Part shown: piece by piece, positions 39,420-51,824 of the stretch | How the letters are laid out: each line of letters opens with the position of its first letter | Numbering within the stretch: position 1 is the stretch's first letter | Assembly: GCA_965649765.1 (NCBI GenBank) | Contig: OZ287757.1 | Coordinates: 55,490,001-55,554,000, forward strand | Direction: 5' to 3' | Length of the DNA stretch: 64,000 nucleotides | Origin: Bispira polyomma | Taxonomy: Eukaryota | The notes under the pieces: model-generated | The model's database searches: none | Told to the model about the DNA's origin: nothing | The model's input: the letters and a program-made list of their open reading frames with translations, nothing else | Program-made: the position numbers and the translations under genes

Positions 39420-40418
39420 CTACAAAATATCAAAAATCAAGATGACAACTTAAATTAAGTTAAACATAAATTTAGTTTGATAGCATAATGTTTTGCTTTG
39501 AATGCTTTGTTGACGGATATATTTTGTTCTATTTTGATTTGTATGTATACAGATTCTGCAAACCTTTCTTGGATGGTCACCGTGGACCAATATTAAAGAT
39601 ACTCTTTGCTTCACTTGTACTGTCAAGTTCATTAAAATATTGCAGATTGTTGCAAATCCCTACCTATACTAATGATATGCGGGGGAAACCATTTCAATTC
39701 GGAATGTAATGTGAGCATTTAAAATGTGTGGGTTGCTTCTATATATGTTTCAATCTGAGAATCGCGTAATGACTGAAACTGCATAGAGCATGATCAGATA
39801 TTATTAAATATACTTTTTATATAAATTTAAATATTTTTTAATACTTCATCTTCTTGACTCTTAGTAGATGTGCACTATTGCGCAGAATGAAGGAAGTGCC
39901 CAGGGTTTACTAAATATTTATTTCTTGGTAAAGAAATATATTAGTCTATGATTTGATAAATAACACTTCAACCCAAAATTGGATTTTGGCACCAGTTTTA
40001 TAAATTGAATAATACCCTTTAATAATAATATAAAAACAACCATATTTCAAGTAGGAGTTTATATCAATTTATACATATATAAAGGGGATGTGAACATGGT
40101 ATATCAATAACACCCTATCTATTTATAGCAAAGGTAATATTAACTATTGGAGATGAATAGTTTAAATTAACACAGTTTACTAATGATACCACTAAAATTA
40201 TGAATGTTTCTGATAGTTGTACTTGTAGCAGCTTTGAATGTAATTTCCTATTTGGTACATTATCTGGATTAAGAAATGCATATAAAGGAAAGACTAAAAT
40301 AATTTGAATTAGATTGATAAACAAGAGAGTTTTCGCTATTAGGAATAAGTTACAGTGTATGTGCAAACGTAATTCCTAAACTAAATTATATACCACCTAT
40401 ATGAAAAATCACTGTTAC

Positions 40419-40493
40419 CCTTAGGTGTCTGTGCTGATGCCTCTGCTCCTTCTTCCTCCTGTTGTGTGCTATCTTTTTCCTCAGATGACTCCC
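40419..40493 (-). CDS. Internal exon of deaminase gene (acidic linker GESSEEKDSTQQEEEGAEASAQTPKG)
   Basis: catcAG acceptor, GTAAC donor, phase 1/1, open and in frame with the catalytic exon. Confidence 0.7.
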
Positions 40494-40960
40494 CTGATGT
40501 TTCATCATATTAGTGAAAATATATACACATATTACTATTAAAAGCTTTATATAGCGTCCCATTGATATATTATCATCTTGTTTGCCAAAGAGATAACCTT
40601 ACAACACAGCTTTGGCAGTTATCAGTTTAGCAATTGGTGTGTTCACTTCTTCTCCAAGGTTTTTATCTTACCAGTAAACCTAGCAATATCAGTAGGAGTC
40701 GAATCAGGGACCTGCCAATCACCAGACTAACTCCCCCAAGAAAGACGCAAAGCGACAACATTCTAATCACCTTTTCAAGCCCCTTACCACTAAGCCATAA
40801 GATACCACATATTTCAATTGTCTCACACACTGTCAGCTCTGTGGACTTATTTGCACAATGTCTATCAATACAAATATTATTATTAAAGCAATGTGGATAT
40901 ATCAGCCTCCCAGAAAGACATAATACTATGTAAATAGTATGTACAAATAAACTATCTTAC

Positions 40961-41033
40961 CATCAAGATTCAACTGTCTCAAATCTGTTTCCAGATGTTC
41001 CAGGTCACTTCCTCCACCTGCAGCCATTGAATC
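40961..41033 (-). CDS. Exon of deaminase gene (DSMAAGGGSDLEHLETDLRQLNLD); ATG at 41027 is an alternative start
   Basis: ttttatAG acceptor, G|GTAAG donor in phase 1, matching the next exon. Confidence 0.7.
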
Positions 41034-41159
41034 CTATAAAATAACATGCAGTAAATAATTAAATAACAGTATTTGTCATATGACAAACGATTTGCTAAAA
41101 GTGAAGTGAACACCAGACTAAACCTACTTATCCTATGAACTACCACTTTTGATACACAC

Positions 41160-41690
41160 TATTTGCATCGGTTAAACCATTTAGAGTTTGTTCTATTGCA
41201 TTTTGAAATATTTCTGCTGTCGATGATATCCCAAAACTCAGACTATTGTATTTTTCAGTCCCATATCAGTTGAAAATGTTTTAATGTAACAAAAAGGCTA
41301 TTCTAGTTCACAGGGATGATAACCCTTGTTTAAGTCCAATTTTGAGATAACTGTAGCTCTATTAAGATCTCTCAGGAGTTTCTCCAGAGTTGTGGTAATG
41401 TGCCGGGTACATCGAACTGCTAAATTAGCACATCTTATGTCAACACATTTTTTATTCAATCCGAATTCTCTGGCTGAGGGGTCACTACAATGGCTGAACC
41501 CCATGGGAAAAGTTCAATAATGTCTAAATACTGCAGCCTCTGTATTTCAGTTTCGACTTTCATCCTTATTTGGAAAGGAATCTGTCTGTGTGGCTGGGCA
41601 ACTGGCACAACTCTCTTGTAAATGTGAAGTTTTACCTTCATCACCTTTAGTTTTCCAATGCCTTGAAACAACTTGGGATACATAGAACAT
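41160..41690 (-). mobile_element. Gypsy LTR-retrotransposon pol (RT N-terminal) fragment in a deaminase intron
   Basis: YPKLFQGIGKLK, PVAQPHRQIPF, CVDIRCAN, SKLDLNKGYH, then RLSFGISSTAEIFQ. Confidence 0.8.
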
Positions 41691-41990
41691 ATATTATAGT
41701 AAGTTGTAATAGTAAAATTATAGTAAAATATGGTACCATAGTTTTCATTGTTTAAAAATCTTCATCGTGGGGTTCCTAGTATTATGTCTTATATGATTTT
41801 CCATATGTATCCTATCAGCGGCTTCAGTGGTATAATGGTAAAACATTCGCCTCATACCTTTGCAGGGCAAGGTACAAATCTTGGCCCATGCAAATATGTC
41901 GATTTTCCTGCCTTTTGTCGGAGTTCTCAAACAACCAATACTAGAACACCCACCAACTTCTTCTCATGTTTCAAGTGTTCTTTTTACACG

Positions 41991-42195
41991 GGCGGTCATA
42001 ATAGTGTCTGGGTCATAATAGTGTCCGTTGCATTTATAAAAAACTTACTGACGGAAATTAATATTGAAAACACATGCTACTTTATGCTTCTGAATTAAAT
42101 TACAGAATACTATTTATTATTTTTGAGAAATCCACGTTTTATACTTTAAAATGTCCGTTGAACAATATTGTGACCCGGACACTATTATGACCGCC
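41991..42195. mobile_element. Small MITE
   Basis: 25-bp inverted repeats GGCGGTCATAATAGTGTCTGGGTCA / TGACCCGGACACTATTATGACCGCC (one mismatch). Confidence 0.75.
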
Positions 42196-43962
42196 TACAT
42201 AGTTTTAGATGATATTCAGTGTGTTGATGGGTACAAGTAGCCACGTACATCTTCTGGGTAGCACCATAAGTGTTGTGACAACATATATATGATGTTATTT
42301 GTGTGGTTTGTGCTATAAGTGTCAAATCTGATCCAGCACCAGGGTCCTGGCTGGTGTTTTTGCTCACTCACTGTCGGGCAGTTAGTCATCTAGGCTGGTG
42401 TAGGGATAGCTTTAACAGACGTTTGTTTGCTGGGGCTTGGACTCCAGTAGTTGCTGCTGATAGCTTTTTGGTGTTATGTATCGGGATCATCGGTTCTCCT
42501 CTATGTTATCTCTCGGGTGTTAGTATATATCATGATACAGTCCAACTTCCATGGATCCTGGCAGTAATCACAGATCATATACTATATTATTTTATTTCGA
42601 AATTGTTAATAACGATCAAATAAACATTTTCCTCGCTCAGCATAAATGTTCAGTTAAGGGGTCGTACTGCACGGCCATGTAAGGTACACACCTGAGCTAG
42701 TATGAGGAACACTGTACATACACCTTATGACGAAAATATGGCCGCTTTTAAGAAAATATGTCTAAAGCCAGAATACACTTAGTGATAAGCATTACTGCAT
42801 TTTTTCACATGAGAATAATATGTGTAAGCTTAGAAAAACATGAACTTTTAAATATTTACAAACTATACTTATATTTTAGTCTTACATTGTGATTTACCTT
42901 TGTTTATGGTGGGCTGACAGATTATATTCTTATAAATATCATAAATATGATCATCTATGATTCACTTCATTATCAGTAAAATCTATATTCTATAAATGTT
43001 TAATATGATAATACATTAGTAAATTTGACAGTAAACAAAGTTACTAATGAAGTTACTCCTAGTACATAATGTACTCAATCATTTCACTTTCTACTTAACT
43101 TCAAATTTATCAAACTTAAAAAAATTCCCAACTTATGCTAAGGTGACCTTACACCTTATGCTAAGGCAACGTACACCATATTTTAAGGTCATCTGATGCC
43201 CTTACCTCAAACTGTAAATAAAACCAGTAGTCCTTAAGCAAGATTCTAAAATGATAGGCTGCGCAATGTTTTAAATACACGTAAAACACTCAATGCACAG
43301 TAAAGTAGGTTGTTTTCGTTCTTCCATGAATCACTCTTCCTTATTGAAATTTAAATATTTTAGCCATTTCTTAATAGATTTTAATGCAATTAAATAACCT
43401 TTTTCATGACATTTGAAATTTTTGCCTCAAGTAAATTCCGAGGTTTTCAATAATTAATAGGCCTTTTTTTATAACTTCATATGCATTTGTTTTGCAAACT
43501 CAGTTGTCATATATGGTTACATATATGTTGTCATATATGAACGGAACAGCCCAAACATGGAACCATCTATGTAGTAGTGACAGGTATCATAGGCTTATTT
43601 CAATAAAAATTAATAGTTTATCATTTTAGAATAGGAACAAAATACTTTTAATACACCCACCCTATCAATCGTTTAAAATCCGCATAAAACACTTTTGTAT
43701 TTTTTATTCCTATATTAAAAAACTATTTACTGCAATGTTGTTCTACCGCTTCAACTTATTAACCGTTATTATGTATATTCCATGGTTTATATGTACTTAC
43801 ATTTAGCCTGGTCTCCTGAGGAACTGACCGTTACACTCACTGAGTTGGTGACATAATAAGACCAAGGTTTTGATAAAATGATAACTTACATGCTGTTTCA
43901 TTTAATTGTCTTAAGTCTGTGTATTTTATCTTTATTACAGTTTGGAATAATAGTGTATTTAC

Positions 43963-44049
43963 CTTGGGTGTCCTCTTTTTTTGTTGCTGTCCACTGTTGG
44001 GTGTCTGTGCTGCAGCTGCTGGCACTTTTTCAACCTTAGTCGTTGACAT
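43963..44049 (-). CDS. Probable upstream exon of deaminase gene (MSTTKVEKVPAAAAQTPNSGQQQKKRTPK)
   Basis: attcAG acceptor, AAG|GTAAAT donor, phase 0/0, in frame with the 41033 exon. Shares AQTP and TPK with the 40.4-kb exon. Confidence 0.5.
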
Positions 44050-44979
44050 CTGAATGGTGTTTGACATATACAGTACATTAATTATATAACATTGTATTTA
44101 CTATATTTACTAATAATGGTATTGCTTATTCAGCTAAAGGGCAGGTAGACAAGTCTAGTAGCATCAAAGTATAAAGTCAGCACTTACTTTTTGAAGACTT
44201 TAAAATATCTTAATGAAATATTTATTTTTATTCTAGAATAGTACACACTATTTGCCTGTGGGAGGGAATTTATAGTACCAAGATTATCATTTTTTTGAAA
44301 ATCTTCATCCTGAGGTTCCTAGAATTATGTTTCATATGATTTTCCACATGTATCCTATCAGCTACTTCAGTGGTATAACTGTAAAACACTCGCCTCCTAC
44401 ATCTGCAGGATTACGTTCAAATCTTGGCCCATCCATGTATGTGGCAAACTTGATAGTACACATATTGAAGGACATTTCTCACCCATCAATTGCCAGTCGT
44501 CATATGACAAAAGATTTGCTAAAAGTGACTTTAAAAACAGACCAAACCCACTTATGAACACAACTTGTATCTTCCCCTCTTTCCAAACGCATTGCAACAC
44601 TGCATGCAAGGTCTTACTGACGTCCCCAATCATTTACACCCTTATACCCACTCAGCTGGTGACACTTTCCCATAATGAGACCAGGGTTTGATGAAACAAT
44701 AACATATTGTGTAGCTAATAGCTACGACACAATGTTATGGACTAATATATTTGACATTACTTCCAAGAGTATTAAAGGTATTGTGAATGTCTGAGTGACA
44801 CAGACACACACTTCTTTAACCCCAGAATCAATGTTATTTTTGGGGAGCAAGTAAGAAAGGTGGACCTTGAACCTCCATCTGATGAAAGAGTATTTGAGTT
44901 AATATACTGTTTCATTTTGTTCTCTTAAATCTTTGTTTTTTATCTTTATTCGAGTTTTGCGGACAAATATCATATGTAC

Positions 44980-45117
44980 CTTGAGAGTCTCCTTTTGTCG
45001 TCGATGTCCGCTATCAGGTGTATATGCTGCATGAGCAGCCATATCTTCTCGTGGTTTTTCTTTTCTTTGTACTTTGTCTCTTTTTTTCCTGGTTGATTTT
45101 TCGTTTTCCATCCTCAT
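44980..45117 (-). CDS. Probable first coding exon of deaminase gene (MRMENEKSTRKKRDK...AAYTPDSGHRRQKETLK)
   Basis: AAG|GTACAT donor in phase 0; acceptor tttcAG at 45132-45131; paralogous to the 44.0-kb exon. Confidence 0.45.
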
Positions 45118-46399
45118 GTAGTCTCACACACTGAAATAAATTAAAGGGACCAATACAACTAAGTGCTTCTTTTATAGAAAGTCATGAAAGGCTAGCCAAA
45201 ATAAAATATGCCTCGATGATTCTAAATGATTGTCCTTTTCCATTGGACCTGCCCTTATAATGAAAAGCACATTGATTGTTATGATTTTAGCGGTGTTCGT
45301 TTTAAATATTTCACTACAAACTGTCTTTTAAAAATTCATTTAATCAGAATATTTTTAATAAAATTAAGTTTTTCAAAAAAATATTTTTTTTTTATAATCC
45401 TTGTTAAGTAATTTATTATTTTGTGCGGTCTTTTTGCTTTGTTCTTGTCTGATATTTATTGTATGTATTAGCCTTATTGCCAAATGTTATTGTAAGTAAT
45501 TTATTTATCTTTTGTTTTGTTTGTCTGACTATTTATTGTAAAGTGATATACATTCTAGTCACGATAAAATACAAGCGTGTTGAAAGCGTCGTCAACATCC
45601 AACTAATCTGATCTAGTGGACCTATATGGACACACTGTGTCGTGGGACCATTATTTTTCCACCTAGAAATGTACTAGAAGTTTAGATGCTAAATGTCTTG
45701 GTAATGGATAGTGTATTCAAACTTATTAGTTAGTAATGTACACTAAATACATGAAAATGCTGAAAAATATATAGTGAACCTTTTTATTTTATGATCCAAC
45801 TTATCAAATAACTATTGAACCAATATCAATGTAGAGATACATGTATTATACTTTACAGTCCCACAAAGATCTTTTCGTTAAATATTATTCATAGTAAGCC
45901 CTTTTTGTTTGCAATATACCCAGCTAAGTGGATATCACACTAAAGTTTCTCTAAATATTTCCTTACAGTACTGTGTTTCCACATCAATTTTTCCAGTTTT
46001 AGTTCTAATCTTACCCCCAAAAGGACTTTGTTCCACATTTTTAAATTTGTTCTATGTATACAGCACAAACAAAAATCAAGACTGACATTATTGTTAAACC
46101 ATCACCCTATGGGCGAGATTAAAATTTTATCGGTGAAACTAAAATGTTCTTATGTTCCTCTTTTTTAAAACAGAGCATTTGAAGCTTCAGATTGAGGCAT
46201 TATATTTTTATATATACAGTATGGATGACAACCAAAAATAGGAACTATTTTTCTTTCTTTATAAAGCATTTTAATGCCTCAGGCCCAAATTTATTAGTTG
46301 GGGGGTGGGGGGGCATCATGCTTTTGATTTGTCTGTCCGTCCAGCTGTAACACTTGGATAGAGGACAAACTCACATGTTCTTCTTCAAGTTAGGAATAT

Positions 46400-46800
46400 G
46401 GTAGCTTTCCAAAATGTCACCAAGCATTAAGTCACACAATAGACTAGACAAAGTTTGTTCTTGGTGAGCCTGAAAAGAGACTTCATGTCATTGCGGGATT
46501 CATCCGTTTTATTTGCAAATTATTGCTCCTTAGTTCTATTCAGGAGGATGGACACCTTCTTACTATGTTCCAAAAACAGCTGCTGATAGACCTCCAGTTT
46601 TGTTCCTCTCCATTTTCTTTCCCATCGGCATCGTTCCTGTTTAGCAGCCCGTAGCTCATCTGAAAACCAAAGCGCATGTGGGCGAGGTGTGATTTTCTTC
46701 TGTTGTGGTGGGGCATGTTTGTCCACTAAGTCCTTAAGACCAGTAGTATAAGCTTCTATGAGTCCATGTAAGGTTCTATCCGTGTTTGCTAGTCCCCCTG
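46400..46800 (-). mobile_element. LINE ORF2 fragment
   Basis: LVDKHAP...WFSDELRAAKQERCRWERKWR linker typical of CR1/L2 ORF2. Confidence 0.7.
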
Positions 46801-47159
46801 TGGGTCCGGGGAAGTATAATAGGCCCATCGTATCCTCCAGCATGTTGTAAAAGGTGACTAAATGAGGACAAACAGTCTTTTGACTTGTTGGTAGTTAAAT
46901 CTTTTATTTGAATGTTTCACATTTGTTGTGTTTTGTACAATAGAGGGCTAAGAAACAGATACTCTTTGTATATTAAAATATTTTATTTGAATGTTTTATA
47001 TTTGATTTGTTTTGTTTTGTAGATTATTTGTATATTATGTATGTCTGTTCATTTTGTTCTGTTTATGAATCATTCTAGTCATTGCTTTGTAGTTTATCTG
47101 TTTATTTTGTATTTTATATTATTTATTTCATAGTAATTATTTAAAATTCTAGTCATCGT

Positions 47160-47531
47160 TTTGTATTTCATTTATATATATGTATCTGTATGTCTAGTTG
47201 TTTGTATTTCATTTATATATATGTATTTGTATGTGTAGTTGTTTGTATTTCATTTATATATATGTATCTGTATGTCTAGTTGTTTGTAATTCATTTATAT
47301 ATGTATCTGTATGTCTAGTTGTTTGTATTTCATTTATATATATGTATCTGTATGTCTAGTTGTTTGTATTTCATTTATATATATGTATCTGTATGTCTAG
47401 TTGTTTGTATTTCATTTATATATATGTATCTGTATGTCTAGTTGTTTGTATTTCATTTATATATATATGTATCTGTATTTCTAGTTGTTTGTAATTCACT
47501 TATATATATGTATCTGTATGTCTAGTTGTTT
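47160..47531. repeat. ~41-bp minisatellite, about 9 units
   Basis: TTGTATTTCATTTATATATATGTATCTGTATGTCTAGTTGT repeated. Confidence 0.95.
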
Positions 47532-47639
47532 AAGTAATTTATTTTGTTTTTACTATTGTGTTTGTCGCTCTGTGACATTTACATGTTAAAAGCGAAGTTA
47601 AAATTTTAATTTATCTTATCTTATCCATGTTTACTAGGT

Positions 47640-48066
47640 TTGTTGATGCATGGTCTGCCAAACACCACCATCAAACCCCTACAGTGGGCACAAAACACTG
47701 CAGCATGCATAATATCAAGAATGAGTAAGAGAGATTCCATCAAACCTGTGCTACGGGAAATTCATTGGCTTCCAGTTGACATGCGATTTCAGCACAAAGT
47801 GCTTATATACACTACAAGGCCCTCCAAGGCACAGCACCAGACTACATTGCTAATATGCCCACGAGATACTACCCTAGTATAGTGATCAGAAAACAAGTCA
47901 CTTCTTTAAGTGCCAAAATACAAAACTGTGACTTATGGAAGAAGGACATTCACTGTTGCCTTCCCAGTTTTATGGAACAGCCTACCAGAGAGTGTGAAAG
48001 ACAGTGAATCAATATCAGTTTTTACGAAACGAGTCAAAACACATCTTTTAAGACTCAGCTATTGTT
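47640..48066 (+). mobile_element. LINE ORF2 3' fragment
   Basis: LQWAQNTAA...IHWLPV...LWNSLP...KTHLF. Confidence 0.75.
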
Positions 48067-48811
48067 AAAACATCCTGTGAAAGCAATAATCTTAGTATAT
48101 GTTTACTATTACTCTGTAAAAGGGCTTTAGAGTAATATATATAAAGCGCTATATAAGCTTTTTATAATAATAATTATTTTAAAATATGAAATTTGTTGAT
48201 TTAGTGTGACCTTGAACTTGGTGTTCTTGATGGACAACATGACATACTCGCCTATATTTTTTAACCTAGGAATATTCTTCTTTTGCAAAAAACCATTTAA
48301 ACACACCTTTCACTAAAAAAGTTTAAATATCCAGGAAAAAATGTTAGTTTTGAACTCCAGATTGACACAGGGTGTAGGACACAAAACACACTTCATAAGG
48401 TTCGTACCCAGCAGAGAAACTCTTTGTATTCCACAATTGTCAAAATATGGGGTTACAAAGAGTTTCTCATTTTTTTTCTATTTTTCTTTAAAAAAAAAAA
48501 TTACTAAGAGAAAAAGGACTTTTTCTCTCAAGTTGGTAATTATTTTTGCTTTTTTTTACCAGGAGATTTACTGTCAGTTCATTTTTACTTGTAGGTTTAA
48601 ACTCTGGGTCAGTGGTTTATAAGTTCTGTGTGTGTGTGAATTGTTTTTGAGGGATCGTACAATCTGTTTATTTGGGATTATATTATTGGTTAATATTTTG
48701 GAGTTTGGACCGACAAGCCCAAATTTAATCCTGTTGGTTGGGAGTGAATACGTCACATCCTACTGGTTGTAAGTTTGATCGTTTGCTAACCCAGTACAAT
48801 TGTTTAGCACG

Positions 48812-48950
48812 CCCGGCAGATCCTATAGTCAATACGTTCTGCACTACTCTGGCAAGTTCGATTGAGGTGAAAAAGTTTGATCAGAGAGCAATATGTCAGA
48901 TCGGGATATGAGTAAGTTTGATCTTACTACTGGACCGTTCTGTCCTACAA
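48812..48950. mobile_element. Diverged Harbinger subterminal fragment
   Basis: CAGATCCTATAGTCAATACGTTC and AAGTTTGATC units as in 23235-23320. Confidence 0.55.
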
Positions 48951-49508
48951 AATGGGGTAAATCCAAGAAGGATAGAATGGGCCAGTTCTAGGACAGGCCT
49001 GGATTGCGATAAGACCTATCCGACAGAAAGTATAAACAATACCTAGATTGAATCCATAGTTCTGTATTTGACTCAGTGGATCTGTATGCGGCTGTGTGTG
49101 TTTTTACCTTTAGTGTTAAGTGCAGAAACAACACTATGCACAGAACTTTATTTGCTATCACAGGGACTATAAGACAAAAATTTAAGGCCAAAATCAAAAA
49201 CCAAATCTTAAGTTTAACACTATTTTAAGACTAAAGACCTTTTGTGAATAAGGCCTCAGTGCGTTATCTGTGCACTGGTTCTATATGTAGAAGTCCATCC
49301 CATGTAGGTACTTCCAGAGGGGTACTTGCCCCCAAAAAGGGGATCACGAATTCAAAGGTGTGTCATATAGTCATGTGTGTAACCAATGCTTTCAAAATGG
49401 GAGGTCTTACCCCCACCCTGCAAAAGACTGTAAAAAATATCCGTTAAAAAACGAGTAAGGCACTGCAGTAAAGTTGTAAATAATTCTAAAGGTTGTCCCA
49501 CTAGAACT

Positions 49509-51824
49509 GTGTATAATAGTCTTAAATGTAATACTGGCAGTACACATTGGAGGGCAGATTGGGCCAAATTTGTAAATAGATCTTATGCTGATGTGGTTAA
49601 AAGAAAGGCTCTCTCCAGGTCTGCTGCCATAAAGGTTTCTGTACAAAGTGCGAATGTGAATCAGAGGTGGCAAAGTCACCAGGTTAAATGTTCACCATGT
49701 TTAAATAACAACCAAATTTCAGAAGTGTCCACAAAACATGAACTGGGGCACAGAGTGAGTGTTAAAACTTTCACAAAAGGTGCTTCCCCTTTTACAAGTG
49801 CACAAAGGAATAATGTAATGTCAAAAATGGGTAAACCCCCTCCAACAAAAGGTGATCAAGTTGGCCAAAAGCTGGAAATCACAAAATTAGACATTCAGGG
49901 CAAATGGCCCATTTCCACTCACAATAGGTTTTCCCCGTTGAGTGACAATGACCATTATATGGACACTAGTGACAACTCTTTCACACATTTAGCAGATACT
50001 TGTAACCAAGGTCAAGGTCTTAAAATACTCTCTCGAGGTACTGGGGGAATAAAATCAGACAAATATGACCTAGAACTACAAACTAAATCGAAAAACAGGG
50101 AACTTATAAAACGTGCTTCCAACCAGCCTCAGTTCCAGCAATGGGATGCTCAAACTACAGATAAGTATGGGTTTATTCCGCTAAATGACCTCCAAGTTCC
50201 CCAAACGGATAAACGAGTAAAGTCGGATAAGTCTTTGTTAGAGTTACACACTCAGATTAAGAAGGACAACTACCCAAATTATATGGGGGCACAAGTTCAA
50301 TTGAAATCTGAGTTGAACCCAGATGTATGGGAAAAATACTTGACTGACTACTGGGATAACCAACTCCCCTTTTTGATAAGATATGGGTTTCCCCTCGATT
50401 TTAATCCTGACAGCAAGTTATCTCATACAGAACAGAATCATTCATCTGCAACACAATTTCCAGATGATGTGCATGCTTATTTAAAAGAAGAGACTGAGTT
50501 AGGCGCCATGTTGGGTCCTTTCCATAAGGCCCCCATACAAAACCTCCATATTTCTCCCTTTATGACTAGGGAAAAGCCAGGTGCCGCACACAGGCGCGTT
50601 ATCATAGATTTAAGCTTTCCTCATGGCAACTCTGTGAATTCGGCTGTAGTCAAGGATAAGTATCTCGGTACTGCGTTTGCATTAACCCTTCCCACAATTG
50701 ACACAATTACAAACAAAATATGTCGTATGGGACGTGGAACGCTCTTATATAAAATTGACGTAAGTCGGGCATTTCGTCACGTCAAAATGGATCCAGCTGA
50801 TTACAATCTATTAGGCTTAAAATTAGACAAATACTACGTCGACTCTTGCCTCCCATTTGGTTTTCGGCACGGGAGCGCAATTTTTCAGCGATTAAGTGAC
50901 GCCGTCAGGTACATCATGAAACGTCACGGACATGACGTCACCAACTATATCGACGACGTAATCGGCTATGGTGACGTCATAGAAAGTAAACATTCATTTG
51001 ATATATTGCTCAACTTACTCCAGGAACTAGGCTTTGCGATTAGTCACAAAAAACTTGTTCACCCCAGCACGTCAGTAACATGTCTGGGGGTGTTAGTTAA
51101 TACAAATGACTTGACAATCTCATTGCCAGATGAAAAGCTACTAGAAATAAACACACTTGTGCAAGACTGGCAATTAAGAAACTGCTGCAGTAAGAGGGAG
51201 TTGCAGTCACTGCTAGGTAAATTGTTATATGTATCCAAGTGTGTTCGAGTTTCACGTGCTTTCTTAAACCGAATGCTTGACGTCCTAAGATCTGTAGGCC
51301 CGGATCAAAAAGTAAAACTCACACCTGAGTTTCATCAGGATGTAAATTGGTTTAAAAAATTTTTACCAACGTTTAATGGAAAAGCCTTCTTTGAACACAA
51401 ACCCACTACCGATTGTATTCAGTTGGATGTGTGCCTGCAAGGTCTGGGAGGCCGTTGTAATGATGAAGTATACCAATTCCAAATTCCTCTAGGTTATCTA
51501 GATTTCACGATAGTTCATCTGGAAATGTTAAACATCCTAGTTGCCATTAGGCTATGGAAGTCAGTGTGGGCAGGTAAGAGGCTAATATTGCAATGCGACA
51601 ATGCTGCCGTGGTCACTATCCTAAATTCAGGCAAAACTAAAGACCTCACTTTGGCAGCTATTGCCAGAATCATCTTCATGGCCGTAGCCTCCCATGATAT
51701 CAGTCTCAAAACCATTCACATTTTAGGTAGACTTAATACAGTGGCTGATCTCCTCTCTAGATGGCAGATCACGGCCAGCAATAATGACAAGTTACTACAA
51801 CTGGTATCGAATCCCAATGGGTAA
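49509..51824 (+). CDS. Reverse transcriptase-RNase H polyprotein of DIRS/Ngaro-like element
   Basis: RT motifs KIDVSRAF, LPFGFRHGS, YIDD. RNase H acidic residues in QLDVC, HLEM, QCDN, NTVADLLSR. Confidence 0.93.
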   Translation: MYNSLKCNTGSTHWRADWAKFVNRSYADVVKRKALSRSAAIKVSVQSANVNQRWQSHQVKCSPCLNNNQISEVSTKHELGHRVSVKTFTKGASPFTSAQRNNVMSKMGKPPPTKGDQVGQKLEITKLDIQGKWPISTHNRFSPLSDNDHYMDTSDNSFTHLADTCNQGQGLKILSRGTGGIKSDKYDLELQTKSKNRELIKRASNQPQFQQWDAQTTDKYGFIPLNDLQVPQTDKRVKSDKSLLELHTQIKKDNYPNYMGAQVQLKSELNPDVWEKYLTDYWDNQLPFLIRYGFPLDFNPDSKLSHTEQNHSSATQFPDDVHAYLKEETELGAMLGPFHKAPIQNLHISPFMTREKPGAAHRRVIIDLSFPHGNSVNSAVVKDKYLGTAFALTLPTIDTITNKICRMGRGTLLYKIDVSRAFRHVKMDPADYNLLGLKLDKYYVDSCLPFGFRHGSAIFQRLSDAVRYIMKRHGHDVTNYIDDVIGYGDVIESKHSFDILLNLLQELGFAISHKKLVHPSTSVTCLGVLVNTNDLTISLPDEKLLEINTLVQDWQLRNCCSKRELQSLLGKLLYVSKCVRVSRAFLNRMLDVLRSVGPDQKVKLTPEFHQDVNWFKKFLPTFNGKAFFEHKPTTDCIQLDVCLQGLGGRCNDEVYQFQIPLGYLDFTIVHLEMLNILVAIRLWKSVWAGKRLILQCDNAAVVTILNSGKTKDLTLAAIARIIFMAVASHDISLKTIHILGRLNTVADLLSRWQITASNNDKLLQLVSNPNG

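Noticed and set aside
44290-44365. RIHVENH / RIHMENH on the - strand of the duplicated block as extra deaminase remnants
   Set aside because: No downstream PCxxC or other family motif; likely chance.
47160-47531. CRISPR-like periodicity here and at 37310-37470 and 53053-53190
   Set aside because: Units are contiguous or lack unique spacers, there are no cas genes, and the context is eukaryotic. These are minisatellites or hairpins.
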